A stretch of DNA of 64,000 nt, taken from positions 83,992-147,991 of the forward strand of contig CAVXMP010000007.1 in the NCBI GenBank assembly GCA_963762925.1, written 5' to 3'. The stretch comes from an uncultured Acidobacteriota bacterium. GTDB taxonomy: Bacteria > Acidobacteriota > Vicinamibacteria > Vicinamibacterales > UBA2999. The notes below the pieces were generated by a model, which did not search any database, was not told where the DNA came from, and saw nothing but the letters and a program-made list of their open reading frames with translations. Made by a program: the position numbers and the translations under genes. How positions within the stretch are numbered: position 1 is the stretch's first letter; each line of letters starts with the position of its first letter. Positions 10,356-20,192 of the stretch are shown here, piece after piece.

Positions 10356-10482
10356 GTTTCCAGTTCCCAGTTGCGGGTTCAAAGTTGAGTGGTCAGTTAC
10401 GAGGGCCTTCGGGTATCAGGGTTCTCGGGACAACCGCATCACTGATAACTAGACTTTGAACTGGCAACTGGGAACTGGAAAC
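10356..10482. repeat. long hairpin element with CCAGTT-type tandem arms
   Basis: The 30-nt arm GTTTCCAGTTCCCAGTTGCGGGTTCAAAGT (10356-10385) is complementary at 27-28 of 30 positions to ACTTTGAACTGGCAACTGGGAACTGGAAAC (10453-10482), with a 67-nt interior. It lies between the micro-ORF 2 terminator and the stop of the convergent PPIase gene. Confidence 0.8.
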
Positions 10483-10501
10483 TCAACGTCGAAGTCTCCC
10501 G

Positions 10502-12655
10502 TCACCGTGGTCCCACCCAGTTCGTTCCATCCCACACACGGACCGTCCGAATCTGATCCCACTGCTGCAATCGATCGACCACGTCCATGCCCGAAACGAC
10601 GCGACCGAAGACGGTGTAGCGGCCGTCGAGGTGCGGCTGTGGTGAGTGCGTGATGAAAAACTGACTGCCGCCGGTGTCTTCCCAATCGAGCGCCATTCCG
10701 ACCGTGCCGCGCAGATATGGTCGCTGATTGATTTCGTCGCGGATGGTGTAGCCCGGGCCGCCTTCGCCGTCGCCGCGCGGGTCGCCGTCCTGTACGACAA
10801 AGTCCGCGACGACGCGATGAAACGGCGTCGCGCCAAGGAAGTTACGGCGCGCGAGCGACACGAAATTCGCCACCGCGCGCGGCGCATCGAGCACGGCGAG
10901 CTCGATCTGAATCATCCCTTTCTCCGTATCGATATACGCCATCGGCGAGACCGGCGGCGCGATGAGCGCCTTGAGGTCGTTCAGCTCGGGCGGGCCCGCA
11001 TCCGGCGCCGGCCGCATGTGGCTCACGTCTGCTGCCGCATCGATCCCTTTGAGCAGGGCGGCCGCGCGGACGCGCAGGGCCCAGTCGCGATCGCCCAGCG
11101 CGCGTTCGAGCAACGGCTGCGCCGTCTTCGGGTCGAGTTCGACGAGTGCCGCGAGAATCGCCGCGCGCCCCAGGTAGGTGGGGTCTTTGTCCGCCCGTTC
11201 GTACGCCTGCACCAGTGCACCCACCGCACCGGATGCCTTGATCCGGGCCAACCCCGCGGCCGCGGTCTGGCGCACGACGACATCGTCGGCGGTGAGCCGC
11301 GCGAGGAGGGCGCCCTCGGCGGTCGGCGCCTTCGTTGCGATCAGCGCGCTCAGCACGGCCGGAACGACACGGTGATCGGAATCATCGAGCATCAGCGTGA
11401 GCCGCGGTGCGGCGCGGGCCACGTCAAGCGTACCGAGAGCTGTGGCGAGCGCAGCTCGCACACTCCAGTGAGGATCCGGATCGAGGCCGGAGAGCGCCGT
11501 CACAAAGGTGTCCGCGTCGGCGCGCGCAAGGCCGGCAAACGCCGCGGCGCGGATCGCGGGCCATCGCTCCGTCAGGAGATCGACAAACAGATCGGCGAGG
11601 CGTGCATCGCCCAACAAGCCAAGCGCGGTGACCGCCTCGAGTCGCAGGTTCGCGTCCGTCTTCGCCGAGGTCAACAGCTTCGTGAGTGGATCGACGGCTT
11701 GTGACGCGCGCAGCAGGCCCAGCGCGCGCGCTGCCTGAACTCGGACCGGCGTCGGTTCGTCCGCCTTCGCGACGACGGCCGTGAGCGGTTCGATCGCGCG
11801 CTCCTCCTTGATCGCCCCGAGGCCGCGCGCCGCAAACGCACGCGTGAGCGCTCCATCGCCCTGCAACAACGTCAGCAGGACCGGACCTGCCTTGGGATCG
11901 CCGACTCGCTGAAACGAGTACGCCACCGGCCACCAGCGGCTCACCGGTTGACCAGCGCCGTTGAGGAGGACAGACGCGAGTGATTCGTATGCCGACAACC
12001 GCACGAGCGCATACATCCCGAGGCGCACGGCTTCAACCGCCGCTGATTTCGGGTATTCGAGGTCGTCGGGCGCAATACCCTCGAGCACACCGGTGCGCAC
12101 ATGCGGTGCGATCATCGCGGCGATCGCCGCGGCGGCCGGCTTATGCACGATCAGCCCGAGACCCTCGGCCGCGCGCCCTTGCACGAGTGGGTCCGGATCG
12201 GCGAGCGCCGCAGTGAGCGCGTCGGCGGCAGCGGGCCGTCCAATAAGTCCCAGCGCAAACGCAGCCATCTGACGCACTTCGGGATCGGTCTCGCGCCCGA
12301 GGAGCGCGGCCAGCGGCGGGATCCCCTCCTCCAGGCGCACGCGTCCGATCGCCAGCGCGGCGCGCCGGCGGATGCGCGGGACTTCGTCCTCGAGGAGCGC
12401 GATTAGATCGGGCGACGGCGGCTGCGCCACGACCACGGGCGCGCGTCCGCGGCTGGGCGGCACGACAGGTGGGGGCGGCGCTTCTGGTGCCGGCAGACGC
12501 AACACACGGTCCTGCTCCAGCCGGAGAATCCACGCCATGTTCTCGTCGAATGTGCGCACGAGTCGTGGCGGCGTCACCACAGGCGGAGGTGCGCTGGAAC
12601 ATGCGGGAAGCATCACCAGCAGCACCGCGCTACAGACAAGGCGTGAGCGGTTCAT
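10502..12655 (-). CDS. lipoprotein with N-terminal HEAT-repeat array fused to a C-terminal cyclophilin-type peptidyl-prolyl isomerase
   Basis: Lipobox MLPAC at the N-terminus. About 480 aa of degenerate HEAT/PBS-lyase-like repeats (..VR.AAA.ALG....A...L...L.D.). The C-terminus FHRVVADFVVQDGDPRGDGEGGPGY...GGSQFFITHSPQPHLDGRYTVFGRV is a cyclophilin. Confidence 0.85.
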   Translation of the reverse strand: MNRSRLVCSAVLLVMLPACSSAPPPVVTPPRLVRTFDENMAWILRLEQDRVLRLPAPEAPPPPVVPPSRGRAPVVVAQPPSPDLIALLEDEVPRIRRRAALAIGRVRLEEGIPPLAALLGRETDPEVRQMAAFALGLIGRPAAADALTAALADPDPLVQGRAAEGLGLIVHKPAAAAIAAMIAPHVRTGVLEGIAPDDLEYPKSAAVEAVRLGMYALVRLSAYESLASVLLNGAGQPVSRWWPVAYSFQRVGDPKAGPVLLTLLQGDGALTRAFAARGLGAIKEERAIEPLTAVVAKADEPTPVRVQAARALGLLRASQAVDPLTKLLTSAKTDANLRLEAVTALGLLGDARLADLFVDLLTERWPAIRAAAFAGLARADADTFVTALSGLDPDPHWSVRAALATALGTLDVARAAPRLTLMLDDSDHRVVPAVLSALIATKAPTAEGALLARLTADDVVVRQTAAAGLARIKASGAVGALVQAYERADKDPTYLGRAAILAALVELDPKTAQPLLERALGDRDWALRVRAAALLKGIDAAADVSHMRPAPDAGPPELNDLKALIAPPVSPMAYIDTEKGMIQIELAVLDAPRAVANFVSLARRNFLGATPFHRVVADFVVQDGDPRGDGEGGPGYTIRDEINQRPYLRGTVGMALDWEDTGGSQFFITHSPQPHLDGRYTVFGRVVSGMDVVDRLQQWDQIRTVRVWDGTNWVGPR

Positions 12656-13779
12656 GCGATTGTCACGTCCGCGGTTTCGAGCGCGACCATCCGCTCCGTC
12701 GCGCGGTCAACGCGCTCGGACACGATGGTCACGCCGATGCCAGGCGCCTCGGGAACGGCAATCGTTCCGTCGTGCGCCACCTCGATCGCCGGCTCGATCA
12801 AATCGGGCTGGTAGTAGCGCTTGCTCGCCGCAATGTCGCCCGGCAGTAAAAAGTTTGGCAGGCTCGCGAGGTGGATGTTGTGCGCGCGTCCGATGCCGGT
12901 TTCGAGCATGCCGCCGTGCCACACCGGGATGCCGTGCTCGGCGCACAAATCGTGCAGCTGGATGGACTCGCGGTGACCGCCGACGCGGCCCGGTTTGATG
13001 TTGATGATCTTGCAGGCGCCCATGCGAATCGCGTCGCGCGCGATCCGCACTGTGTGAATCGATTCGTCGAGGCAGATCGGCGTCCGAATCGCCTGCTGCA
13101 ACTCGACATGGTCGCTGACATCGTCGTAGTCGAGCGGCTGCTCGATCATCATCAGGGCATGCGCGTCGAGGCGGGCGAGGTGCGGCGCGTCCGCAAGCGT
13201 ATACGCGGCATTCGCATCGACCATCAGCGGCACCGCGCCGAATCGCTGTCGCACCATGTCCACCGCTTCGAGATCCCAGCCGGGCTTCACCTTAATCTTG
13301 ATCCGCTGATAGCCCGCCGAGAGCTCGTGCTCGATTTTTGACGCGAGTTGGTCGAGCGAATCCTGAATGCCGATCGACACGCCCGATGCAATCCTCGCGC
13401 GGGTCCCGCCGAGAATGCGTGCGAGTGGCTGACCAAGCGATCGCGCATAGAGATCCCAGGCCGCCATTTCGACAGCGGCCTTCGCCATGTTGTGGCCGCG
13501 AATACCGCGCAGTGCCGGGAAGATGTCGCGTGGGTGCTCGAAGGTGACGCCGAGCACACGCGGCGCGATGAATCCCGTGATGATGTGCCAAGCCGTTTCC
13601 GTTGTCTCGGAGCTGTAATACGGATTGGCCTCGGCGACCGCTTCCCCCCACCCTTCATGGCCGTCGCCGGTGAGCCGCACGAGCAGAAACGCCCGATCGT
13701 AGGACCGCCCAAAGCTGGTTTCAAAGAAACTCACGAGCGGGAGGCGACAGAGGCGCAGCTCGAGGCGATCGATACGCAC
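12652..13779 (-). CDS. menC: enolase-superfamily enzyme, o-succinylbenzoate synthase / N-acylamino-acid racemase type
   Basis: 375 aa. KIKVKPGWD, MVDANAAY, IEQPL and CLDES blocks (metal ligands of the OSBS/NAAAR subgroup). GTG start. The menC assignment is tentative. Confidence 0.75.
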   Translation of the reverse strand: MRIDRLELRLCRLPLVSFFETSFGRSYDRAFLLVRLTGDGHEGWGEAVAEANPYYSSETTETAWHIITGFIAPRVLGVTFEHPRDIFPALRGIRGHNMAKAAVEMAAWDLYARSLGQPLARILGGTRARIASGVSIGIQDSLDQLASKIEHELSAGYQRIKIKVKPGWDLEAVDMVRQRFGAVPLMVDANAAYTLADAPHLARLDAHALMMIEQPLDYDDVSDHVELQQAIRTPICLDESIHTVRIARDAIRMGACKIINIKPGRVGGHRESIQLHDLCAEHGIPVWHGGMLETGIGRAHNIHLASLPNFLLPGDIAASKRYYQPDLIEPAIEVAHDGTIAVPEAPGIGVTIVSERVDRATERMVALETADVTIA

Positions 13780-13864
13780 AGGAATGTCAAAACGATACCA
13801 CGCGGTCTTGCGCCTTCCCGCAGCTGGACGGGGATTGGCGAAAGCCCCGCCGCTACAATGAGGC

Positions 13865-14524
13865 GTGCCGTTTCGCTACATCGCCATCGAAGGGCCGATT
13901 GCCGTGGGCAAAACGCGTCTGGCGGCACGGCTGGCCAGCCGGATCGACGGCGCCACACTCCTCGAGAACGCCGATAACCCCTTTCTATCCGATTTCTACA
14001 ACGAACGGCCCGGCGCCGCACTTCAAGCGCAGCTCTTCTATCTGCTCAACCGTCATCGTCAGTTGATGGACATGCGGCAAGCGGATCTGTTCCGCCACAC
14101 CATGGTCTGCGACTTTCTGTTCGACAAGGACAAGATCTTCGCCTACCTCAATCTCGATGACAACGAGCTCTTCATCTATCAACGTCTCTACGAACTGCTC
14201 GCGCGCGACATCGCGTCGCCGGATCTCGTCGTCTATCTTCAAGCGCCCGTCGACGTCCTGCTGCGCCGCCTCAAGTCCTCGAGGTCGCGGACCGAAGATC
14301 GGGAACACGACGTCCCGGAACCCGACGCGGAGTACCTGCGCGAATTGAATGAGGCCTATCAACACTTCTTCTTTCACTACACCGCGACGCCGCTCCTGGT
14401 CGTCGAGACATCACAGTTCGATCCCGACGATGACGACGCGTTGGGCGATCTGGTGCGCCAGATTGCCGGCATGGCCAAGGGCACGCGCTATTACGTGCCG
14501 CGCACCCGCGGTGAGGTAAGCTGA
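13865..14524 (+). CDS. deoxynucleoside kinase
   Basis: 219 aa. P-loop IAIEGPIAVGKTRLA, then the ERS/DRY-type blocks of the dNK family. GTG start. Confidence 0.8.
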   Translation: MPFRYIAIEGPIAVGKTRLAARLASRIDGATLLENADNPFLSDFYNERPGAALQAQLFYLLNRHRQLMDMRQADLFRHTMVCDFLFDKDKIFAYLNLDDNELFIYQRLYELLARDIASPDLVVYLQAPVDVLLRRLKSSRSRTEDREHDVPEPDAEYLRELNEAYQHFFFHYTATPLLVVETSQFDPDDDDALGDLVRQIAGMAKGTRYYVPRTRGEVS

Positions 14525-14528
14525 CGAG

Positions 14529-15434
14529 ATGGCTTGGTTCAAGAAAGCGCGCAAGCCGATTGCCGCGCCGGACAAGACAAGCCGGGTGCCCGAGGGGCTC
14601 TGGGTGAAGTGCCCAGAGTGCGATGCGATCATCTACACGAAGGATCTCGTCAAAAATCTCGGTGTCTGCGCCAAGTGCTCACACCACTTCCGCCTGACCG
14701 CCCTGGAGCGGCTCAAGTCGCTGTTTGACGACGAAGAGTTCGTCGAGATGGATCGGAATCTCCGCTCGAACGATCCGATCAATTTCACCGACACCAAGCC
14801 GTACAGCAAGCGGCTTGCCGCGAGTCAGGCCACCACTGGCCTCGCCGACGCGATCATCACCGGCGTGGGGCGGCTCAACGGCATCGAGACGGTCGTCGCC
14901 GCCATGGAGTACACCTTCATCGGCGGAAGCCTGGGCGTCGTGATGGGTGAAAAGATCGTTCGCGGAATCGAAGTGGCGCTTGCCCGTCAGCTCCCCGTGG
15001 TCATCGTGTCGTGCTCCGGCGGCGCGCGCATGATGGAAGGGGCGCTCTCACTGATGCAGATGGCCAAGATCTCCGCGGCACTCGCGCGGCTCGATCGGGC
15101 GCGGCTGCCCTACGTGTCCGTCCTCACCGATCCCACCACAGGCGGTGTCACCGCAAGTTTCGCCATGCTGGGCGACTTGAACATCGCGGAGCCGAAAGCG
15201 CTCATCGGCTTCGCCGGACCGCGGGTCATCGAGCAGACCATCCGTCAGAAGCTGCCCGAGGGCTTTCAACGCAGCGAATTTCTGATCGAACACGGCATGC
15301 TCGACCTCGTGGTGGATAGGCGTGAGCTCAAAGCGACCATCGCGCGAGCGCTCACGTTCATGGGGGCGCAAGCGACGGCAGTCGCGGCCACCGGCGTGGC
15401 GCCTCAGGCCGCGGAGCGGCCCGGTGACGCGTGA
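14529..15434 (+). CDS. accD: acetyl-CoA carboxylase carboxyltransferase beta subunit
   Basis: N-terminal C4 zinc ribbon CPECDAIIY...CAKCSHHFRL, then a carboxyltransferase domain (GGARMMEG, GFAGPRVIEQT). Confidence 0.93.
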   Translation: MAWFKKARKPIAAPDKTSRVPEGLWVKCPECDAIIYTKDLVKNLGVCAKCSHHFRLTALERLKSLFDDEEFVEMDRNLRSNDPINFTDTKPYSKRLAASQATTGLADAIITGVGRLNGIETVVAAMEYTFIGGSLGVVMGEKIVRGIEVALARQLPVVIVSCSGGARMMEGALSLMQMAKISAALARLDRARLPYVSVLTDPTTGGVTASFAMLGDLNIAEPKALIGFAGPRVIEQTIRQKLPEGFQRSEFLIEHGMLDLVVDRRELKATIARALTFMGAQATAVAATGVAPQAAERPGDA

Positions 15435-16746
15435 CGACGTACTCGAGCGACTGCGCGCGCTCGAACAATTCGGCATCAAACTCGGCCTCGACAATATTCG
15501 AACGCTCCTTCGCGCGCTGCAGCACCCGCAGAGCACATACCAGTGCATTCATGTCGCCGGCACCAACGGCAAAGGTTCTGTCAGCGCGATGGTCGAGCGC
15601 GGATTGCGCGCCGCAGGACACCGCACCGGCCGATACACCTCCCCGCATTTAACCGACATTGAGGAACGTGTCGCGATCGACGGCACCGCGGTATCGCGTG
15701 ACGCGTTCCGTGCGGCCGCAACAGATGTGCTCGATACGGTCGAGCGGCTGCGCGCGACCGGAGCGCTCCAGATCTCGCCCACGTTTTTTGAAGTCACGAC
15801 CGCGATCGCCTTCGAGACTTTTCGTCGCGCGCAGGTCGACACGGCGGTCGTCGAGGTCGGTCTCGGCGGCCGCTTCGATGCCACCAATGTGATCGTGCCC
15901 GCTGTGGGCGCGATCACCTCGATTGCGTTCGACCACGAGCGCCATCTCGGGAACTCGCTGGCGAGTATTGCGTACGAGAAAGCCGGCATCCTGAAATCCG
16001 CGCTGCCGGTGATCATCGGAGAGTTGCCTGGTGAGGCACGCGCCGTGATCCAGACGGTCGCGGAACAAGAGGGCGCGCGATTGATCGAGGCGTCGCCGCG
16101 CCTCGTGCATGCCATGTCGCTCGACCGTGGCCGCGCCATCATCGGCGTCACGACGCCGGTTCGCCGCTATGACGGCCTGCGGCTGGCGTTGGGCGGAGCC
16201 CACCAGATTGCCAACGCCGTGATCGCGATTCGCGTGTTGGAAACGGCCGCGGCCGCCGGGATCGACGTGACCAACGACGACATCGGCGTCGGCGTCACCG
16301 ACGCCGAATGGCCGGCCCGCCTCGAATGGTTGCAGGCAGCTCAGGGTGGAGCGGTCCTTCTCGATGCGGCCCATAATCCCGCCGGCGCAGAAGCCCTCGC
16401 GACCTATCTCGCGGACGCCGGGGTCGCGCCGCTGCCCATCGTCCTGGCGGTGATGTCCGACAAGGACGTCACGGGTATCGTGCGGGCACTCGCTCCGTAC
16501 GCGTCGGAGTTTGTCGCCACCACTGTTGCCGGCGCGCGCGCGCTGAGGCCGGACGAGCTCGCAGCCGCGATCCAGGCGGTGACGCCGACCGTCCGCGTTG
16601 TGCCATGTAGCGATGCCGTCGAGGCAATCGATGTCGCACGCCACAACCACCGCGCGATCGTCGTGGCCGGATCGATCTATCTCGTGGGCCCGATCCGCAC
16701 GCATCTTCTCACCGCCGGTGCGCGAGGATTACCCGAACCCCCATGA
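15424..16746 (+). CDS. folC: bifunctional folylpolyglutamate synthase / dihydrofolate synthase
   Basis: HVAGTNGKGS P-loop and Mur-ligase fold. Start moved to GTG 15424 (VTRDDVLERL...), overlapping the accD stop; the upstream 34 codons of the track ORF lie inside accD. Confidence 0.9.
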   Translation: MTRDDVLERLRALEQFGIKLGLDNIRTLLRALQHPQSTYQCIHVAGTNGKGSVSAMVERGLRAAGHRTGRYTSPHLTDIEERVAIDGTAVSRDAFRAAATDVLDTVERLRATGALQISPTFFEVTTAIAFETFRRAQVDTAVVEVGLGGRFDATNVIVPAVGAITSIAFDHERHLGNSLASIAYEKAGILKSALPVIIGELPGEARAVIQTVAEQEGARLIEASPRLVHAMSLDRGRAIIGVTTPVRRYDGLRLALGGAHQIANAVIAIRVLETAAAAGIDVTNDDIGVGVTDAEWPARLEWLQAAQGGAVLLDAAHNPAGAEALATYLADAGVAPLPIVLAVMSDKDVTGIVRALAPYASEFVATTVAGARALRPDELAAAIQAVTPTVRVVPCSDAVEAIDVARHNHRAIVVAGSIYLVGPIRTHLLTAGARGLPEPP

Positions 16747-16778
16747 TATTCTCGTGCGAACGTCCGCAGTTTTCCTGA

Positions 16779-19067
16779 ATGCACGTGCGACATCTCCGAG
16801 GCCCGTTTGTTTTGCTGTCGCTCATGGTGTGCGCGGGCACAGCAACGGCGCAGTCTATTCCGGGCTGGGAAACGAAACAGTTTGCGATGGAGCGGCTCGA
16901 CGCCGAGCGCGTGCGTTTGATGCGTGAGGTCGAGGTCACCGGTGTCGGTGCGAATGCCGGGCAGCAGATCTTTGCCGACGATCTGCTCTGGAACATCCGC
17001 ACGGGCGAGCTCAGCGCCGAAGGCAACGTCCTGCTCGTGTCGCCGACCGGCCGCATCGCCTCTGAGCGCGCGGTGTTCAACACGAAGAACGGCCTCGGGA
17101 CGTTCTATACGGCGTCGGGCACGGCATCGCTGGGCGCGCGCGGGGCGCAAGACCGCAGCATGTTCGGGACGCTCGAGCCCGACGTGATGTTCTACGGCCG
17201 GACCATCGAGAAAATTGGCGACGATCGGTATCGCATCACCAGCGGTGGCTTCACGTCGTGCGCGCAGCCCACGCCGCGTTGGGAGATCGTCAGCGGGAAG
17301 GCGACGATCGATCTCGAGGATTACGCAGTCCTCCGCAATGCCGTGATCCGTGTCAAGAACGTGCCGGTCTTCTACCTGCCCATCCTCTACTACCCGATTC
17401 AGAGTGATGACCGTGCCACCGGTTTTTTGATGCCGAGTTATGGCAACTCGAGTTACCGGGGTCATTCGATCAGCAACGCATTTTTCTGGGCCATCAACCG
17501 GAGCCAGGATCTCACGCTGTTTCACGACTGGATGTTTACCAAGGGACAGGGGTACGGGACGGAATACCGTTACACGAGGGGCGCGGGTTCAGATGGGCAG
17601 ATCCGTGTCTATCGCTTGTCCGAGAACGACACAAACCTCGACACCGGCGGGGGAACCGTCGCACAGGACGCGCGCCGCAGCCTGGAGCTGCGTGGAAATC
17701 TGACGCAGCCGCTGCCTGGCAGCTTCCGCGCGTACGGGCGGCTGGATTATTTTTCCAACGTGGCCACCAAGCAGTTGTACCAGCAGGATTTCAACACCGC
17801 ATCGAACAGCACGCGCACGCTGAGTGTGGGCATGAGCGGCGCGTTGAAGACGCTCTCGCTCAGCGCCATCGCCACGCGCTCAGAGACGTTTTATGATGAA
17901 TCGACCTCCTATGTGAGCGGCACCATGCCGTCGGTCACGGCATCGCTCTCGAGCCGCCAATTCGGCAATCTCCCCTTATTCGGGGCGGTGCAAAGCGATA
18001 TTTCGAACACGCTTTATGAAACGAAAGCCGGCGAGGTGACGACCGACAGCGGCCTCTGGCGCATGGAGGTGTGGCCGACACTACGCGCGCCGGTGGTGAA
18101 ACTGCCCTTTCTCACCGTCAACGGCACATTGTCCTGGCGCTACACGCATTTCACCGAGCGCCTCGTCAATGGCGTGCAGGTTCCGATCGGCGTCGACCGC
18201 AAGTACTTCGATCTGGGCGCCGAAGTGGCGGGACCCGTGTTCAACCGCGTGTTCGCGCCCAGCCGCGAGTCCGCCCGGCGCATCAAACACGTGTTCGAAC
18301 CGTTCGTGGGCATACACCGCATCACCGACACACCGGAACGCAATGCGATTCCGATCACTGGCGGCAACGACTACGTCTTCGGCGGGAACGGCACGATCAA
18401 CTACGGGTTCAACAACCGCATCATCATGCGGCCTCCGCCGCCGGAGGGCGAGGGTGCGTCGGCAGCGCAGTCGGCCCCCCGCGAGCTGGTCTTCGTCGGC
18501 CTGCAGCAAAGCTATTACACCGATGCCGATGCCAGCCAGTTCGATCCCTCCTACCCCTCGAGTTATCTCTCGCGTGCGGGTCGCTATTCACCCTGGTTGC
18601 TGACGGTTCGCGGCGCACCGGCGCGAATCGTGTCAACGGATTTTCGGCTCGAGTACGACACGACGTCGGCGATCAATCGCCTCCAGGGACTCGCGCTCAA
18701 CGGTACTGTGAATACCAGGCACGTGCAGGCGAGTGGCGGCTGGAGCCATCGGCGGTTCGACGCCAACAATGCGACCAGCTTCATCCAGTCATCAACAACG
18801 GTGAGCACCTCGACCAACACGCTTGGCGGCACCTTCTCGTTCAACTACGACATTCAGCGCTCGAGTCTGTTGCAGCATCGCTGGACCGGCTTTTACAACG
18901 CCCAGTGCTGCGGGGTCGTCGTCGAGTACCAGGAGTACAACTTTGCCGGCGGGGATCCGCGCTTTCTCGTACCTAAAGACCGGCGCTTCAATCTGTCGTT
19001 CAGCCTCGCCGGCGTCGGGAGTTTCTCAAATCTGTTCGGTGCGTTCGGCGGCATGGGTGGACGGTGA
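16779..19067 (+). CDS. lptD: LPS-assembly outer-membrane protein LptD (OstA family)
   Basis: 762 aa. Signal peptide MHVRHLRGPFVLLSLMVCAGTATAQS, an OstA-like N-terminal domain, and a long aromatic-rich beta-barrel-like C-terminal region. Confidence 0.7.
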   Translation: MHVRHLRGPFVLLSLMVCAGTATAQSIPGWETKQFAMERLDAERVRLMREVEVTGVGANAGQQIFADDLLWNIRTGELSAEGNVLLVSPTGRIASERAVFNTKNGLGTFYTASGTASLGARGAQDRSMFGTLEPDVMFYGRTIEKIGDDRYRITSGGFTSCAQPTPRWEIVSGKATIDLEDYAVLRNAVIRVKNVPVFYLPILYYPIQSDDRATGFLMPSYGNSSYRGHSISNAFFWAINRSQDLTLFHDWMFTKGQGYGTEYRYTRGAGSDGQIRVYRLSENDTNLDTGGGTVAQDARRSLELRGNLTQPLPGSFRAYGRLDYFSNVATKQLYQQDFNTASNSTRTLSVGMSGALKTLSLSAIATRSETFYDESTSYVSGTMPSVTASLSSRQFGNLPLFGAVQSDISNTLYETKAGEVTTDSGLWRMEVWPTLRAPVVKLPFLTVNGTLSWRYTHFTERLVNGVQVPIGVDRKYFDLGAEVAGPVFNRVFAPSRESARRIKHVFEPFVGIHRITDTPERNAIPITGGNDYVFGGNGTINYGFNNRIIMRPPPPEGEGASAAQSAPRELVFVGLQQSYYTDADASQFDPSYPSSYLSRAGRYSPWLLTVRGAPARIVSTDFRLEYDTTSAINRLQGLALNGTVNTRHVQASGGWSHRRFDANNATSFIQSSTTVSTSTNTLGGTFSFNYDIQRSSLLQHRWTGFYNAQCCGVVVEYQEYNFAGGDPRFLVPKDRRFNLSFSLAGVGSFSNLFGAFGGMGGR

Positions 19068-19112
19068 TGACGCCGAACCGTCAGTGCCCGGGATAAGATT
19101 GTTGGCTGCTCG

Positions 19113-20180
19113 ATGAAAGGTCTGATTCTCAGCGGCGGCAAGGGCACTCGTCTGCGCCCGCTCACCTACACGAGCGCCAAGCAGCTGGTTCCCGTCGCCA
19201 ACAAGCCGATCTTCTTCTACGGTGTCGAAGCACTCGTCGAAGCTGGTATCCGCGATATCGGTGTCGTGGTGGGCGACACCCAGGCGGAGATCCGCGCCGC
19301 GCTTGGTGACGGGTCACGTTTCGGCGCACACATTACCTACATTGAGCAGGACGCGCCGCGCGGATTGGCACACGCGGTCCTGATCAGCGAGCCGTTCATC
19401 GGTGGTCAGCCATTCGTGATGTACCTTGGCGACAACCTGCTCAACAAAGGCATCGTGCCCTTTGTCGATCAGTTCGTGCGGGAACAGCCGGCGGCTCAGA
19501 TTCTCTTGACCGCCGTGCCCGACCCGCAGATGTTCGGCGTCGCCGAGCTCGTCGACGGCAAAGTCACGCGCCTCACCGAAAAGCCCAAGCAGCCGCGCAG
19601 TAATTTGGCGCTCGTGGGCGTCTACATGTTCGGCCCGCAGATCTTCGACTCGGTGAAGCGCATCAAGCCGAGTTTTCGGCAGGAGCTCGAAATCACCGAC
19701 GCGATACAGGATTTAATCGACCACGGCCTCACCGTGACGCCGCACCTTGTGGATGGCTGGTGGAAAGATACCGGCAAGCTGGAGGACATGCTCGAAGCCA
19801 ACCGACTCGTGCTCGACACGTTTGAACGGCGTATCGAAGGCACCTGCGACGCCGAGTCGCGCGTCGAGGGGAAAGTGATTATCGAAGCCGGCGCGATCAT
19901 CGAGCACTCGGTGGTACGAGGCCCGGCGATCATCGGCGCGCGCGCGCGGATTACACACGCGTACGTCGGCCCCTTTACCTCGATCATGAACGACGTCACC
20001 ATCCGCGAGTCGGAAATCGAGCACAGCATCGTGCTCGAAGGATCGGTCATTCAGGATCTCGGCACACGGGTGGCCGACAGCCTGATCGGCAAGAACGTCA
20101 AGATCACGAGGCTGCCGCTCAAACCGTCGGCGTATCGCTTCATGCTGGGCGACAACTCCGAGGTGTGGATTCGGTGGTGA
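19113..20180 (+). CDS. rmlA: glucose-1-phosphate thymidylyltransferase, long form (nucleotidyltransferase + left-handed beta-helix)
   Basis: MKGLILSGGKGTRLRPLTYTSAKQLVPV (GxGTRLxPLT) and C-terminal hexapeptide repeats. Intact. Confidence 0.85.
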   Translation: MKGLILSGGKGTRLRPLTYTSAKQLVPVANKPIFFYGVEALVEAGIRDIGVVVGDTQAEIRAALGDGSRFGAHITYIEQDAPRGLAHAVLISEPFIGGQPFVMYLGDNLLNKGIVPFVDQFVREQPAAQILLTAVPDPQMFGVAELVDGKVTRLTEKPKQPRSNLALVGVYMFGPQIFDSVKRIKPSFRQELEITDAIQDLIDHGLTVTPHLVDGWWKDTGKLEDMLEANRLVLDTFERRIEGTCDAESRVEGKVIIEAGAIIEHSVVRGPAIIGARARITHAYVGPFTSIMNDVTIRESEIEHSIVLEGSVIQDLGTRVADSLIGKNVKITRLPLKPSAYRFMLGDNSEVWIRW

Positions 20181-20192
20181 GGATGCCGCGAC

